The position numbers were made by a program, and so were the translations under genes. DNA of 63,905 nt, filler included, from Reticulomyxa filosa (lineage: Eukaryota; Protista; Foraminifera), in NCBI GenBank assembly GCA_000512085.1. It is 21 parts of 21 records of this genome, joined end to end, with 100 filler letters (N's around TTAATTAATTAA, not from the genome) between each part and the next. Parts side by side here need not be neighbours in the genome. Positions count along the whole stretch, not along the records: positions 62,887 to 63,905 come from ASPP01018141.1; 20 more parts are not named here. One strand, 5' to 3'. Positions 63,239-63,905 of the stretch are shown here, in pieces. Numbering within the stretch: position 1 is the stretch's first letter; each line of letters starts with the position of its first letter. The notes under the pieces are model-generated. The model was not told the origin of the DNA. It saw nothing but the letters and a program-made list of their open reading frames with translations, and did no database searches.

Positions 63239-63388
63239 TTTAGTTTTTGTCGAATAAGAAATGAATGTATTTTTGTTTGAAAAGTGTGATTAAAAGAAAA
63301 GTAAGTTGATATTAAACTTGTTTGATCTGATTGAGCACACACACTGAAAGATGTGTTTTAGCTTACTTTGTTGAAAAAACTGTGTTGA

Positions 63389-63815
63389 ATGTTTTTTAAA
63401 GAATTGAAAAGCATAATAAATGAAAAAAAAACATTAAATGAATTTTCAAATATCTTAAATCTACATCCTGTTGAGAATAATTTTAATCGTTTCAAGTCAG
63501 TTTACAAGTATTTCATTCGAGAAAAAAAATGGATAACATTCCAAAACGATTTACATAGTCCATTGAAAGATTGTATTGCGATATTGACTGAAGGCAACAC
63601 ATACGTACATATTATTGGAGGAGAAGATGATAAAAAGGCAATAGTATCAACTCACATGAAGACAAAAATGCGTATAATTGATTGGTAATGATTTTATTTT
63701 TTAATCAACGCAAATAAATTTTATTGTATGAAAATAATTAACAAATAATGAGCAGTCAAAAAAATGAAATTAAATCTATTATTTGAAATTTGATCAAATT
63801 ATTTTCAAATACAGT
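63389..63815 (+). pseudogene. Kelch-repeat family remnant
   Basis: KWITFQNDLHSPL..C.AIL...TYVHIIGGEDDK..STHMKTK. The following exon is deleted relative to the copy at 54072. Confidence 0.55.
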
Positions 63816-63905
63816 AAGTAAAATATCCATAAGTTATGCTATCTTTAAATATGGTATTGACGTTATGTTATCAGATTGTTGATAAAATTCATTTTTAAGC
63901 ATTTT

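Overview
This window is not one locus. It is 21 unlinked contigs joined by 20 identical 100-nt artificial linkers (N44-TTAATTAATTAA-N44). Twenty contigs are AT-rich eukaryotic DNA with short GT-AG introns rich in poly(A)/(T) and (TA)n. The gene repertoire (EFL-type elongation factor, family-type WD40 and kelch genes, a caspase-like protease) points to a rhizarian or foraminiferan such as Reticulomyxa filosa, which is an inference. Recognisable genes include HDAC11, a class II HDAC with an unusual C-terminal extension, a caspase-like peptidase, a membrane metallophosphoesterase, AMP deaminase, kinesin, ENOSF1/L-fuconate dehydratase, G-alpha, a CaMK kinase, FAB1/PIKfyve, a BPNT/IMPase-like fragment, a FAM135-like protein, a VWA protein, a NIF phosphatase, tetraspanin, CEPT, WD40 and kelch fragments. 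There are also actin and EFL pseudogenes and a decayed Tc1/mariner transposase. One GC-rich contig (41035-42557) is bacterial glnE. The most striking unexplained signal is a non-coding region of about 640 nt (26595-27236). By hand it folds into a long rod capped by a five-way junction, with many G-U pairs on the + strand, which makes it a candidate undescribed large structured RNA. Exon boundaries are read by eye and are approximate.
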